Notes: generated by a model not told the origin, from the sequence alone. Shown: positions 13,305 through 27,716, counted from the first letter of the stretch. The stretch is 64,000 bases of DNA from Octopus sinensis (GCF_006345805.1 NC_043002.1:70866001-70930000); one strand, 5' to 3'. A program made the numbers and translations.

Positions 13305-13452
13305 ATACTCAATTAACACTTATTCTACCGATAGCCGAAAAGATGAAAAGCAAAGTCGACCTCGGAGCCATTTGAACTCAGAACGTATAGACGGATGAAA
13401 TGCCGCTAAGCATTTCGCCCGGCGTGCTGACGATTCTACCAGCTCACCGCTG
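13305..13452 (-). mobile_element. SINE family S2 copy
   Basis: Contains the CAAAGTCGACCTCGG..ATTTGAACTCAGAACGTA..GAAATGCCGCTAAGCATTTCGCCCGGCGTGCT signature repeated more than 12 times in the window. Confidence 0.8.
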
Positions 13453-13894
13453 TAGAAAATTAAAAATATTACGACTAAAATATTATTTTTCTTGAATATT
13501 GGTCTGTGCAGCAGCTTGGTAACTATCTTCTATTGTAATGCCGTTCGGATTAACGTAGACCCGTGTTATATATATACATACAGATATTTGGGAATGTGTC
13601 TATGTGTGCATGATTGTTTATTTGAGTTTGGGTTTGTCGCCCCCACAATTTGACAATAGGTTCTGGTGTGTTTACACCAGTGTAACATATCGGTGCAAAT
13701 AAAAAAAAAACTCGATAAAAGAGACCCTTATAATAAGTACAGACATCTAAGAAAGTACTGACGTTGAATTGCTCAACTAAAATATTCAAACCGATCCAAT
13801 GAGGGAAGCAAGTAAAACCTAAAAGTCACTATGTGCAAGTCACAACAATCTGTGTTTTCCTAAAAGATGTTTTCACAGAAAATCTGAAAAATGT

Positions 13895-14487
13895 TGGTTT
13901 CGAATTCGAGCACAAGGCCAGCGATTTCGCAGAAGTGGATAAGTCAATTACGTCGACAGCTGTAAAGAATTTGGTACTTTTTTTACTGACAGCTGAAATG
14001 CAAAGTCGTCCTCGGCGGCAATTGAACTAAGAATTTAAACACGGACGAAATGCAGCTTAGCTTTGCCCGGTGTCACAGCGATTCTTTTCTGCTCTAGCTA
14101 GGCACAAGGCCCTAAATTTTAGGGTAGAGGGCCAGTCGATTAGATCGCGCCCAGTACACAACTGGTACTTAATTTATCGACCCCGAAAGGATGAAAGACA
14201 AAGTCGACCTCGACGGAATTTGAACTCAGAACGTAAAGACAGACGAAATACCTATTTCTTTACTACCCACAATGGGCTACACACAGAGGAGACAAACAAG
14301 GACAGACAAACGGATTAAGTTGATTACATCGACCCCAGTGCGTAACCGGTACTTATTTAATCGACCCCGAAAGGATGAAATGCAAAGTCGACCTCGGCGG
14401 AATTTGAACTCAGAACGTAGCGACAGACGAAATACTGCTAAGCATTTTGCCCGGCGTGCTAAAGTTCCTGCCAGCTGGCCGCCGTAG
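13895..14487 (-). mobile_element. Cluster of three S2 SINE copies, including a dimer at 14095-14487
   Basis: Repeated S2 core; dimer junction GAAATACC|TATTTCTTTACTACCCACAATGGGCTA. Confidence 0.8.
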
Positions 14488-14680
14488 CAAATTTGAAATA
14501 TTAGGACTAAAATATTGTTTTTCATGATATATTTGTCTGTTTTTTCGTTTCTTTTTTTTTTGCGATCAACTTGTTATGAATTCCTAGGATGTAACTATTT
14601 CTAGTGAATCAACACAACGCATAGTACCAGCATATTTCCCTCTAATTCGGAACAAAAATTTAAGGACTTTATCTCCGTAT

Positions 14681-14748
14681 GCACACACACACGCACACAC
14701 TCACACGCGCGAGCACACACACACACGCACACACACACACACACATAC

Positions 14749-14819
<71 letters not shown>
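14681..14819. repeat. (CA)n microsatellite
   Basis: Directly visible. Confidence 0.95.
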
Positions 14820-14820
<1 letters not shown>

Positions 14821-14994
14821 GTTTGTCCGTATGTATCTATTGATATAATAGCGTATTTCAGTTTCTAGACACTCTTTTGCCGCAGACTATATCAAACTTT
14901 TCATTGGCGCATATATACAATACATAGATCACATACTATAGGCGACTTTATCTGATATATGCTACAGTGTCAAGCAACACCTGGTAGTGCTACG

Positions 14995-15000
<6 letters not shown>

Positions 15001-15058
<58 letters not shown>
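15001..15058. repeat. (GA)n microsatellite
   Basis: Directly visible. Confidence 0.95.
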
Positions 15059-15063
<5 letters not shown>

Positions 15064-15441
15064 GTGAGGGTGTGTGTGTGTTGTGTGATTGTAGATATAT
15101 GTACAAACGCATCCATAATTCTGTGCGTGTCGTAGTCCAATTGTGTATAATATATATAAAATACGAAGGAAATAAATATAGATGCTATTTGAAATAAATA
15201 GTGTTAAGTGGATAAATATATTGGTAGACATGTAATAGATTGTAATGAAACAGTTTCTTTGTAACTTAAACGAGTCGATAAATCGTTATATACTTTTACA
15301 TGAGGAAATCTCTGCGACTATATAACTTTCCCTTTCATGTATTCTTAGGAAATTGTTTATTATAATTTAGTATTTTATTAACATTTTTCTGGGTCTTAAA
15401 AATCTCTATAAGCTTAGTTTATTACCGGTACATTTTTTTTT

Positions 15442-15724
15442 ACGCTGCCCGCCCGTGCGTTTGTGCCAGCTGAGAAGTCGACGCACGGCGCACGGTGGGC
15501 AGCTGAAGAACTGGGCAACGACGATAAAGGGGGACCTCTCCGAACTCTCAGGTCCGCAGGGGGTCGGTTTGCGCAGATGGAACCGCGAATGGCTCGCTAT
15601 CTCCAGTGACCTCGCACAGGACCGTTGATCGTGGGCCGCCATGGGTCGTGATGTCGTTAGGACCAGAGAAGAAGCCGGCTCAACCGGCCCTTGGTGAACG
15701 CCGTTACATATACAAGTATAAGTA
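15442..15724 (+). mobile_element. RTE-clade LINE 3' fragment
   Basis: GC-rich island translating as RRTAHGGQLKNWATTIKGDLSELSGP..RRWNREWLAISSDLAQDR*SWAAM.RDVV..AGSTGP*, the typical RTE ORF end (AQDR..W), followed by a CAAGTA-like tail. Confidence 0.75.
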
Positions 15725-15997
15725 AGGTACATTTTGTTATAGAACCCCAGTAAAGTGAATACTGATATGAAATGCTGTGTAAAAAGGCTGCAATGCCATT
15801 CATACGATATGGTATATGACGCTGTTGATTTGTTGTTGCTGATGAACCCCAGATCTACCTGCTCAATTAAAAGCGTTTGAGCTATGGTCACGTTACTTTT
15901 TTCTATTGCATTTGCTATCTAAGACAACATTATCCCATAAATTCTCCATGTTTTACGATTTCAGAACGCTGATTCATGGCGGATTTAACACTTATTA

Positions 15998-18169
15998 CAC
16001 AGGTTTAGAGAGAAATTGAAGCAAACGTAAAAAGTGTTGTTGTAGCCTTATTATAGGGTGCTGATATCAGATACGAAACCAGTTTTCACTCATCACCTCT
16101 ACTTTTTTGTGATATATATTATTATGATTTTGCGATAATCTCCGTAACCATATATATGATCAACGTTTATTTTGTTTGCCAGATTTGTGTGATACATATG
16201 AAATATATCTCTTCAAGGGCTTCAGGCACGTCAAAACACCGAAGATGTATATACAAGGCAAATTTATTTTTGTGTGTGTGTGGGGATTTTACGAAAGTTG
16301 CACAGCGCCGAACAATTATTTCCCTCCTGAGAACTGCTTACTTTCGATATTTTGATTGTAAAATTGGAGATCAGGACACATTCTGGGCATCACACATCTG
16401 TTGAAAACCCTGCTACAATGGATAAACAGCATGGTTTAACAGCAACAAAGCAGCCTTAAATTTTGCTGTCCCGAGTGAACCAGGAAGCCATGTAGATGAT
16501 TGCTTTATTGTCTAACAAATATATCCGGTTTCAATGCTTCTTCTAGATAAAAGGTCAAATATCCAAAACTTCCCTCAGCTATGAGACCTGTTCCTCACAC
16601 AGATGATCTCCCTGTTCTTATACCCCATCAAATAAGGATAAAGAAATGCTCTCAGAATAAGATTCTGCCACGATGATCTCTTCTGAAGGCAATGTCTCTG
16701 TTTATTTAGGAACAAGTGTCAAAGAGCCCCACTGGATCATGCAGGAAGACCTCAATGACCTTGCTCGTGGTTTGTATTTATCTAAGCAACAGTCAGAGCA
16801 CCTGGCATCCCGGCTTAAGCAGTGGAACCTGGTCAAAGCACATGTAAGGATCACCAGTTTCAGGACAATGAACCTGGAATGTGCTCATTCTTCGACATGG
16901 TAAACAGGTTGTGCTACTGCACTAATGTTTCTGGCTTGTTAGCCTTCCTTGGTTTCCCACACAATTCCTCAGATTAGCGTCTTTTCATAGACTCTTCCAA
17001 GCGAGTTCTGAAGGCTGTGCTCTTGTACAATTGGAATAAATATCCCAACAATCTCGGTCTACTCAGTTCATCTGAAGGAGCCATCTAACAATATGGAGCT
17101 CCTTTTGGAAGCCGTCAAATACAACCAATACCAGTGGAGTCAATACAGGAACCTCAATGTCATTGGGCTCCTTATGGGTATGCAAGCTGGCTTCACAAAG
17201 TACTGTTGCTTTCTCTGTCTCTGGGACAGCAGGGATGGGCCCAAACACTACAAGCAGATGAACTGGGGATCTAAGCGCACTTTCTTGCCTGGTGAACACA
17301 ATGTCCAAGAAAATCTTTTGGTTGACATGAACAACGTACTTCTTCCTCCTCTTCATATCCAGCTTGGTTTAATGAAGAACTTCGTGAAGACCATGGACAA
17401 AGATGGTGCTGACTTCCAACACTTCTGCACTATGTTCCCAGCTCTGAGTTCTGATAATTTCAAAGAGGGCATCTTCGTCGGGCTTCAGATTGCAGAAGTG
17501 TTGAAGGATAAACACGCTGAGAAGCTTCTTACCATAAAAGGACTGAGAGCATGAGAAGCATTGAAGTCAGTCTGCCATGGCTTCCTTGGTAAGACACGGG
17601 TACTAGATTACCAAGAGTGTATCTAGAAGTTGTTCCAGTCTTATGAGGATATGAGATGCCGAATGTCCCTCAAAATTCACTTTCTTCAATCCCACCCCAA
17701 TTTCTTCCCTCCGAAGCTCGGAGCATTGAGTGATGAGCATGGAGAAAGGATCCACCAAGATATTACTAAGATTGAGAGTAACTACCAAGGCAAGTGGAGC
17801 CCCAGTATGATGGGGAATTTTGCTGGATGTTCTTGCGTGATATTCCGGAGGCAAAGTACACAAGTTCGTCCAAAAAACTCACTTTGATTTGTGCGTATTC
17901 TATTATCCAAGTAATTTAGTTCCATCAATGCTCTGTATCTATTTTGTTCTTTTTTCGTAATATGCCTTTGTATCAGATGAAATAAACACATTGTATTTTG
18001 AATTTATATGCAGTATAATTAAAATGAGATGTGTGAAAGCAAAAAGCTGGAAGTGATAGAACAAAACTGTTCAGAAACGTGAATCCCCCACATTAAAATT
18101 AGTAAAAAAAACACTTGTTCACATCCTTGCCTCAGAGCAAAGAAAAAAAGAAATCTTTGTAAACCAGTG
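15998..18169 (+). mobile_element. Decayed Chapaev3-like (CMC) DNA transposon with TIRs and TTA TSD
   Basis: 5' TTA|CACAGGTTTAGAGAGAAATT and 3' AAATCTTTGTAAACCAGTG|TTA form imperfect TIRs with a 3-bp TTA duplication; transposase remnants lie inside. Confidence 0.75.
16228..17887 (+). pseudogene. Fragmented DDE transposase (Chapaev3/Transib/RAG-like fold)
   Basis: Fragments CVCGDFT..QRR, GDQDTFWASHIC, GFTKYCCFLCLWDSRD, LLPPLHIQLGLMKNFVK, KEGIFVG, MSLKIHFLQSH and LSDEHGERIHQDI..ESNYQGKW; multiple stops and frameshifts. Confidence 0.8.
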
Positions 18170-18735
18170 TTATTAGCCACATTGATGTTCTCCGTAATAT
18201 CTAGAGTATAACATATTGTAGTTCACATATGTGAAGATCATTATCGAATCTAATCGTGAGGTAGGAGCAAAATAGCATGGTAGAATGTATGGTTTCAAGT
18301 AGCGGATGCAAAATAAAGGGTGTCAGTTTGATATCAATTCCGCTTTCCCTCTCTCAGATTGAAATTTTCGTCGCTAATGTATTTGGCTTCTTTGCTCAAC
18401 TTGAACATTTCCGATTCTCAGACTGACATGTCACCAATCTCGGAAATTATAATATATTTCAAAATTTCTTATGCAGTCATATAGAAACACTTGATAATCG
18501 GTGTCTATTTCTATCTTATATGCATTTCTTTCTTTCCCGAGGAATAAGTATAAAAGCATAGAAAATACAATCCAGCTATTCATCTTAATATAATACTGTT
18601 TGTGTGTGTATATGCGAATTTACACGTGTGTTTATGTAGATATGTCTATATGTGAACACAGGCACGGCCGAGTGCTTGCAGATACTTTCGTTCTCATGAT
18701 GCCTCCTTTCACACTCCTGTATGTTATTTCGAATA

Positions 18736-19245
18736 CCTTAAATTTTCGAGTATAATCCGTCCTTGAGTATAATACGCAGGGGATTTTTAGGGGGCTGTAA
18801 CTCTGAAAAACCTAAACGTTGTGTACAATACGCACTCCTTCTCTAACTTGAGCCGTGCGTAATTATGCCAGCAGCACCTAGTCGAACAAACCCTTCCGCG
18901 CATGCGTAATAATGGTGATATCCTCAACTGTTATATGGGAATACAAATATGTTTGCAAATTGTTTTTGTTATATGTCATTCTGCGTTCTGAATACTTTTA
19001 TTTTAATAAATGTTGCTCACTGCAAGTTATGGATGATTCTTTGATGACTTCACTGCTTTCAGGCTTAGATTAAGGTATTTCGGACATCACAAAATGCGTC
19101 TGAATAAACATTGCCGGACAGCAAATAGAGACTCGGACATTGCTTAAAAGTATTTTTCATTTTTAACCTCGTATATAGTACGCAGTAGGGATTTTGATCA
19201 TTAAATTTTGGGAAAAAAATGCAGATTATACTCGAGGATTTACAG
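18736..19245. mobile_element. pogo/Tigger-like MITE (Tc1/mariner superfamily)
   Basis: TA|CCTTAAATTTTCGAGTATAATCCG ... CAGATTATACTCGAGGATTTACAG|TA: ~25 bp TIR with 6 mismatches, TA TSD, and subterminal repeats of GAGTATAATACGCA. Confidence 0.75.
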
Positions 19246-19684
19246 TATTTTTAGAGTATACTCTGGCTGACGTATGTATTGTGAGAGCTATTGGAAGCCC
19301 ATTTGATGGACTGCCTATTTTGTTATGCATTACAACGTGCCAATTCTGCTTGAGACTTACGCTAACAATACTAGTGACGATGGATGAACGAACTAATTAC
19401 ATTATAATACAATAAATATTTCATTTAGTTGGTAAAAAAAAAATAATATTTATCGCCGAAATCGTAAGATCTATTTGGATAAAAATATTTACGTACTGAC
19501 CTCATACCTAGAACTTATTCAACTACTTAGCATGCTCTCTTCAATATTATTTTAGTCTCCATAACTCATTACTAAATTTCCTCTCAACCAATTTCGGGCT
19601 ACTTAATTTTTGCTTGCTCATCAGCTACTTTTTTCTTCACGTATTTTCGAGTTTATTTGATCAATCAAGCCCTACTCTTTTACT

Positions 19685-20062
19685 CTTTTACTTGTTTCAG
19701 TCATTTGACTGTAGCCATGCTGGAGCACCGCCTTTAGTCGAGCAAATCGACCCCAGCACTTATTCTTTGTAAGCCTAGTACTTATTCTATCGGTCACTTT
19801 TTGTGAACCGCTAAGTTACAGGGACTTAAACATATCAATATCGGTTGTCAAGCGATGTTGGGGGGACAAACACAGATACACAAACACACACACACACATA
19901 TATATATACATGTATACGACGGGCTTCTTTCAGTTTCCGTCTACCAAATCCACTCACAATGCTTTGGTCAGCCCGAGGCTTGCCCAAGGTGCCACGCAGT
20001 GGGACTGAACCTGGAACCATGTGGTTCGTAAGCAAGCTACTTACCACACATCCGTTCCTACG
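19685..20062 (-). mobile_element. tRNA-derived SINE (family S1)
   Basis: Minus-strand head TGTGTGGTAAGTAGCTTGCTTAC..GGTTCAGTCCC; body GTGAGTGGATTTGGTAGACGGAAACTGAAAGAAGCCCGTCG; internal microsatellite; conserved tail. Confidence 0.85.
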
Positions 20063-22852
20063 TCTATGAATACTTCTAAAAAAAATTATCTTATAATTTC
20101 TTGATTTGACATTTTTTCGTGGGGGGTGGTGACATATAGTCATGAAAGTAGATGACGTAGCTACTGATGCCGAAGATGAGAGACTATGAGGCTAGTACAT
20201 TTGTTAGCAACATCAGCCATATCTTCCTCACTCAATAACAGATATGATTACGTAAATACATGGAAATGTAATGTCTACGAATCTTTTATTAATTGATGTA
20301 CTCGATCAGATGAATTATTAGAGACAATGAAAAGCGGGGTTCATGAAAATTAATGAATGAACAAGCGAGAGGTTTACTATATAGCTACCCGACATGCACT
20401 AATTCACAGCCAAATGTCTATTTTATCACAGCCCCTCGCCTTAAAAATGCAAGGATATATTGAATATTGTAGTCCTACGTATGTGATCTGAAAAAGATTT
20501 GAGACGGTCAAAGCTGGAATTCTTTTGATTATGATGCTGCTCTTGGAAGTGGACTAATCGGCGACACGTGATAACTTGCCGCAAAAATAAATGAATAAAT
20601 ATTAAAAAAATGAAATCTGTCAAATTAAGTCCACTAGTTGGACAAAGTTATATTGAGAGGCAGGGCTTTTCATTGATAATATACGAATACATTTAACTTT
20701 GGAATTGTAGATAGCGTAAAACATGTCATCAAAATATGTGTATGTTGTGCTACGCTTCCAACATCGAACATAATATATCAAATCATAGTTATAAATGATC
20801 GCATATTCAGTAAATCTCTCATTATTCTGGTTAGCAGACAACCAGTGTTGATATTACCTCGTGTGACAGATCTTCGTGTCCTTTCATTCTGAGCTTATGA
20901 TGGAGAAATCAATGAAATAATATTCAGTGAAACAACTGTTTGCTATATTTATTATTGTTTGGTACATATGTAATTTATTTTGCTTAGACGAAAGGACATA
21001 TTAGGAACGTTTCACTGAATGTAATTCCCGATTAATGAAAATGTAAATCATTTAGTCACCAGTCATATATCTTGCTTGGATTTAATGCTGATGACATCTT
21101 TTTATCCATATGTTTGAATGATAACTTATTATATTTATAAAGATACAATCTGCATAATGTCCGAAAGACGATACAATGATATAAAACGATGGAATAAAAT
21201 ATAACTAAGGACATTAAAGGGAAAAATAGCCGTAGTTCAGTTTTTCCTCCCTCGGTCAGAGCTGATTAAGCAAACCTAATATGATTAGATGCGTTCCAGT
21301 TATGGCTAAGCAGTATTTTGGTGGTATCTAGCACTTCATTACCCAATGTGTGCTACACCCTCCAAAGATTGCAGGATATAATAATGAAGTTGGTTCTTAG
21401 CAGATCGATTGACATCATAGGGATTCTCCCGTTTCAAAGAAAAAATTAACTGCATATATTAACGTTTGAAAAATTAAAATACAGTCATTTAAGCCATGCT
21501 AGTAATGCATTTAGATATTCACCAACCATCTTACCTCAACAGGACAAATACATGTTCAGGTCACATTTATATCAACTCACGACTGCGAAGGTTGCAACAG
21601 AATTTAGTCGTAAATCGAGAAAGTCTGTATCTAGATACGAAAGTTTGATTTACGTAATCCGACGGGGAAACGCCTAGTGTTCTCTCCTCTTTTGCTCACT
21701 TAGACAATATTCGCCCCTCATCTGCGGGTATAAATGCTATTACGGATATTCCTGCAAATACTAGAAATTGCCAAAGTAATAATTTTATTGCATAAATATG
21801 CGTTCATGGAACCTTTTATTTTTAACCTTTTACCATTACTCTAGTTACCCATGCGTAATATAAAATTAAGGCTTACCAAATCAAAAGGTTTTATTACTTT
21901 TGCATTTCTCGGGTTCACTGTAATCTACAAAGGTAACGACTACGCCTCTAAATGTATTTCAAAGCTCGAAAATATTTCGTACTATGTTCGAAGCTTGCCG
22001 TCTCAAAACTTCAATTGCCATCAGCAATAAACTTTTACCCATATAACTCGGACCATGCTAATGGGGCTAAAGCAGTTAATGTTGCTTTTGATTATAATAA
22101 AGACGATGATGACGACAACGACTTCGACTTCGACGAAGGTGGTAACTGCGATGATACACATGCAAACAGCCTGCACGCCATAAGAGGAAACTATGCTACT
22201 GTATGACATAACTACAAATGCTTTCAGGAACAGCCTCTTCACTCGTAATTCTTGCTCCAAGAAATATTTAACATTTTAATGCGCTCATTTAAGCCAACTG
22301 CTTCTTTAGCTCTTAAACAGTTTCAAGTCTCTACTGTGTTTCCAAACTTCAACACACACGCAGCAATTTTTTCTTCCTTTCCTCTCAAAAATTTTTGCTC
22401 ACTTACTTTAAGACATATTCTAAAAGCGCATAAACTTAAAAGACTTGTAGATAAACAACTGGGTTGTATTGAACTCTAGCTTTTGAAAGGGTTTCTAAAG
22501 ATTATTGTGCTACTATTCTTTAAAATATCCGGTAAGAAAATAATGACCACATATCTGGCAAAATTCTTAACCATTAACAATGAACTAAAATCATTTTGTT
22601 TCCTATGGAGGCGTTCCAGAAATGTCGGTGTACATACATGTCAGAAGATTTAGTAGACCCATAATGGAAAACTCATAATATTTATAAAAATATAAATCTA
22701 GAAGAGAGCCGTGTTTGCAACACATATTTATGGAAATTAAGTTGCTTCTCTGTCCAAAGTGTATGTGTGCATCTCTGACGGATAGAAGAAAATAGTAATT
22801 TTAGAATAAACAAAATTTTTGTATATCTATCTATTTATGTCTTTCTCTCTCT

Positions 22853-22911
<59 letters not shown>

Positions 22912-22912
22912 T

Positions 22913-22951
<39 letters not shown>

Positions 22952-22983
22952 CACACATACATACGTACATACATGCAAACATG

Positions 22984-23019
<36 letters not shown>

Positions 23020-23307
23020 TGTGTGTGTGTGTGTGTGTGTGTTTGACGGTTTATATTTTATAAGAGTCCCCTTAATTAAATTATTGATTTTTATTTTTCA
23101 TATAATGTGTTTATTAATTTATTTGAAATTTTCAATTATTCATAATTATAGACACCAGTATAAAGGGAAACGACATTTTAAGCGTATTTAGTAAGTTATT
23201 TGTGACTATCAACTTAAATAAGGCACGGAAATGTGACCTTTTAAATATTTAATATTATAAATGTAATGTACTATGACAATCGCATTCGCCCTCATTCACT
23301 CTCTCTT

Positions 23308-23397
<90 letters not shown>

Positions 23398-24512
23398 ATA
23401 TACATGCATACATATATTTTGAGAGACACTACATCCGATGGAAAGTTAAAATATTCAATAAATGTGTAATGCAAATTATTTATGCTGTGCCTGCTTTAGA
23501 GAAGTTATTAATATATTATATTTCTTTCAATTTCACACCTAGCAAATATGGCGAAGTTGAGTTTCATGTATATGTGTGTGTACGTGTGCGTATGTGTATG
23601 TTTGTGTGTGAGAGAGAGAGAGTATTTGCGTTCTTGTACGTTGTTTGTGTAGGGAACATATATTCAAAATATTCCCAGTAATTCATATAAGTTTTGTAGC
23701 TCGCCGTTGTTATTAAAGATTCTTCATGTCCCCTTCTTAGCCTTTTTTCCTATTCAGTTTGGAGCACTAAGCTAAGATCTTTGAAGTGATATACGGTGTG
23801 TTGATTTGTTGGCGCGTCCTATAGAGAATAATACAAATAATCGTGGGAATAATGTAATCGAAATGATTATCATGGACCATTAAGATTTGGCCGAGGGCAA
23901 TTATATAATGTCGAAGACAAGGAATTAAATTCACCTTAAATTCATATCTATATCATGAAATATTAAAATATTCGGGTTGTTCTAGGGTTGCTCCACTAAA
24001 TTTTTGACACTATGGAGTAAAACAAAATTCAAAATGAATTTAACACTTTGTGTGTTAAAAGTTGCTCTTCCATGCTGTAGCTCTTTCAATTTCTACACAC
24101 AGCCTTACATAAATTACTTGCTAAAAAGGAAGATATCTGACAGTTCAAGTAAACTTTTTTTATCTTTAAGTTTAAATTATGTTTGCTGTATCTATGTTTT
24201 AATTTTGGAATTCGATCGTGCATCTGTAAGTTCCCAAGACGAATATCCAAGACGAAGATTTGGAAAATCTTATACATAACTGCAAAGTTATGATTAAACA
24301 AATTAATATGCCTTCAGTTCAAACATCCGCAAACAGATCCCCAATGTTATCATAAGTTTTCTTCTTTTCAGTTTCATACAAATATATAAATGTCGTTGAA
24401 TAGTTAATAGGAATTAGACTAAGGTAATGTATTACTGCAATAAATATTCTACAACCACAAGTAGACATATAATAAGAAAATGGTTATTCATTAATATTAT
24501 AATAATAATGAT

Positions 24513-24587
<75 letters not shown>

Positions 24588-24593
<6 letters not shown>

Positions 24594-25428
24594 GCACTAA
24601 ACTAAACGCAAAAGAAATAGACAAAGAAAAATCCCAGCAATGGTTGAGAAGCTCAGGACTCAAAGCAGAAAACAGAGGAATTTTTAATTGCAGCACAAGA
24701 CCAAAGCCTCCCCACCAGAAATTACCAAAAACATGTAATGAAAAGAAATATTACAAGTAACTGCAGAATATGTGGAGATGGACAAGAAACAATAAATCAT
24801 ATTATCTCTAGCTGCCCAGTCCTGGCTAAGAAGGAATATATTCACAGACATGACAGAGTTGGAACCTACATACATTGGAAGCTATGCCAACATTATGGAA
24901 TAACAACAGAAAAAAGATGGTATAGGCACACACCAGAAAAGGTCACAGAAAACGAGAAAGCAACCATACTCTGGATATGCCGATACACACAGATAGAGAA
25001 ATTAAGGCCAACAGACCAGATATAGTTGTCAGAGATCATGAAGAAAAGAAATGCCTTCTAATTGATGTATCAATACCGGCAGATGACAACGTGTCTCTAA
25101 AAGAAATGGAGAAACTCTCAAAATACAAAGACCTGGAAATAGAGATAACTAGAATGTGGAACCTGAAAACAGAAACAATTCCTATCATAGTAGGTGCATT
25201 AGGCATGATAAAAAACTATTCAGACAAATACATAACAAAAACACCAGGACTTACAAACACATATAACATACAGAAAATTGCACTACTAGGCACTGCACAC
25301 ATCCTACGCAGAACACTTTCCATACAATAACCATCAGAGCATCACAACAAATCACAGCACATACCCAAGGCACACAGAGCTGCGCTCGGTAGTGAAGTGA
25401 AAGCACGCTATAAAAATAAAACTACTGA
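24588..25428 (+). mobile_element. 5'-truncated R4/Dong-clade LINE, family B, copy 1
   Basis: WLRSSGLKAE..AAQDQSL, CRICx8Hx4C, RPDIVV..LIDVSIP..KY, then stop and a ~100 bp 3'UTR ending ACTACTG(AAT)n; -1 frameshift near 24976; (TAA)n on both sides. Confidence 0.92.
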
Positions 25429-25979
25429 ATAATAATAATAATAATAATAATAATGATAACAATCACTCACCTGTTATTGGATTGCTGATTATATAACTGA
25501 CTCTAAGTAATAATTACCGCCAGCCCCTTTGTGTATCATAATTAAACCATCCCCACCGTATATTGTTCTTAGATATACCGAAAAAATGATATGCCCTAGA
25601 ACACTATCGGATTAATCAACGTTTGCTTCAATGCTCATCTGTGTTAAAAAGACACATTTATTCATGAATTCTGAAGAAATATTTCAATCAATGTTTTCTA
25701 GCTTGTTTCATTTTCAAAAGGAATAATTTACGTGGTCTTTAAAGTCAAGTAATTCTTGAACGTTCTACTCATTATATGCATGGAATATTACGTGTATCAT
25801 TTTACGAATGTTTCAACACTTCAGTGATTAAATGAAAAATCCCAAATGTTGAATAGAAAACAATGTTTTAAGCCTGTACAACATACTTTTCCTTTCTTGT
25901 TCTTACGCATACATACCTATACAGACATGTCTATGTACATATGAACAAGCATATGTACACGCACGCACACACGCATTAC

Positions 25980-26104
<125 letters not shown>

Positions 26105-26138
26105 TATTTTTCGTCTTGGCTTTTATATATATATTCTT

Positions 26139-26170
<32 letters not shown>

Positions 26171-26593
26171 TATATATATATATATATATATACATAATAT
26201 ATGTTTATGTGCGTATATATATTATAAATATATATGTTTCTGTGTGTGTATGTGTGTGTGAGCATGTGTATATATATACACTTGAATGTTATAATTATAT
26301 ATGTTTACTTGTGTGCGCATATTTGTGTGTTGCTGGGGGTGTGGTAGAAGGGTTGTGCGTGTGAGTGTATGTTTCATGTTCATTTTTATCTTTTCCAGAA
26401 TCGTCCTAAAATGGGAACCGAGAAATCGGCTTAGACATTCATGGAATTTCTGTTTGAACAAAATTTATTCGACTTCTAGTATCGAGTGCTTTCTTTTATA
26501 ACTTTGTGTTCACACATAACACTGTAGCTTCATGCGTATATATATATATATATATAATATATATATAATATATATATATATATGTATATATAT

Positions 26594-26989
26594 ACTAGCA
26601 GTATCACCCGGCGTTGCTCGGGTTTGTAAGGGAAATAATTATATAAGCATTTTTAGAGAGTTATAGCCAAAAAATAGCAAAAAAATGCATTAAAAATGGA
26701 AACAAAATGACGGTAAATTTCTATTTAAATCGATGACCCGTCGTAGACATTTTTAGAGAGTTACTGCCCTTATATAATAGCGAAAAAATGCATTAAAATG
26801 GAAAAAATTATGGTAAATATTTTTTAAATCGTAGACTCATCGTAGACGCGCGCTAATACCCAGAAGGGCTCGATATGAATCACGACTATAAGATACCCGG
26901 TTTTGGTTAAACTGCACCGCAAAATGTGGGAGTAGTTAGGAATCTAAATCGTAGGAGACAGACACACAACTTCACTTTAATATATATAG
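26594..26989 (+). mobile_element. Non-autonomous Helitron-like element, copy 2
   Basis: Same termini as 3034-3433; internal tandemly duplicated CATTTTTAGAGAGTT..AAAATGCATTAAAAATGG block; inserted in (TA)n. Confidence 0.6.
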
Positions 26990-27379
26990 TTGCGTCTGGT
27001 TCAAGAACAGCGCGATCATAATTTTATTAATTTTTTTTCACATCTGGTTATATTTTCATATAAATCGGCATCATGTGAGAAAGCTATATTTCACTTACAT
27101 AAACCTATCGCTTAAAATAAACGATAAAATAAGGTGGGAGGGCAGAATATTCATTTGAAGATAAAACAAGCGAATTCCACAAAGAATACAATAGAAATAT
27201 CGCTATTTCCTTCAGAATTTCTTTTTAAAGACAATCCATCAAAATATTGTAACTCGTATACCTCTTAGAAACACTCACACCAACCCCACCATCACTCATA
27301 CACAAACACATTACACATACACGCATACACCTATACATCTATAATATAATGTAATATTATATATTTATGTATACATAAG

Positions 27380-27422
27380 TCTCTTTATGTATATATATTT
27401 GTTTCTATGTGTCTATATATCG

Positions 27423-27475
<53 letters not shown>

Positions 27476-27630
27476 CCTCTCTCCTCTGCATACACACAAA
27501 CACTTTATACATACATACATGTATACACACATAGATACATACAAATATATATGTATATATATACATATATAATATATATACATACAGATATATATATGTA
27601 CATACATACATACATACATACATACATACA

Positions 27631-27715
<85 letters not shown>
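27380..27715. repeat. Compound (CT)n/(TA)n/(TACA)n microsatellite
   Basis: Directly visible. Confidence 0.9.

Positions 27716-27716
<1 letters not shown>

Noticed and set aside
19605-19630. CTGATGA-GC-AA-GC-AAAA (minus) as a hammerhead
   Set aside because: It lacks G12 and any stem I or III.
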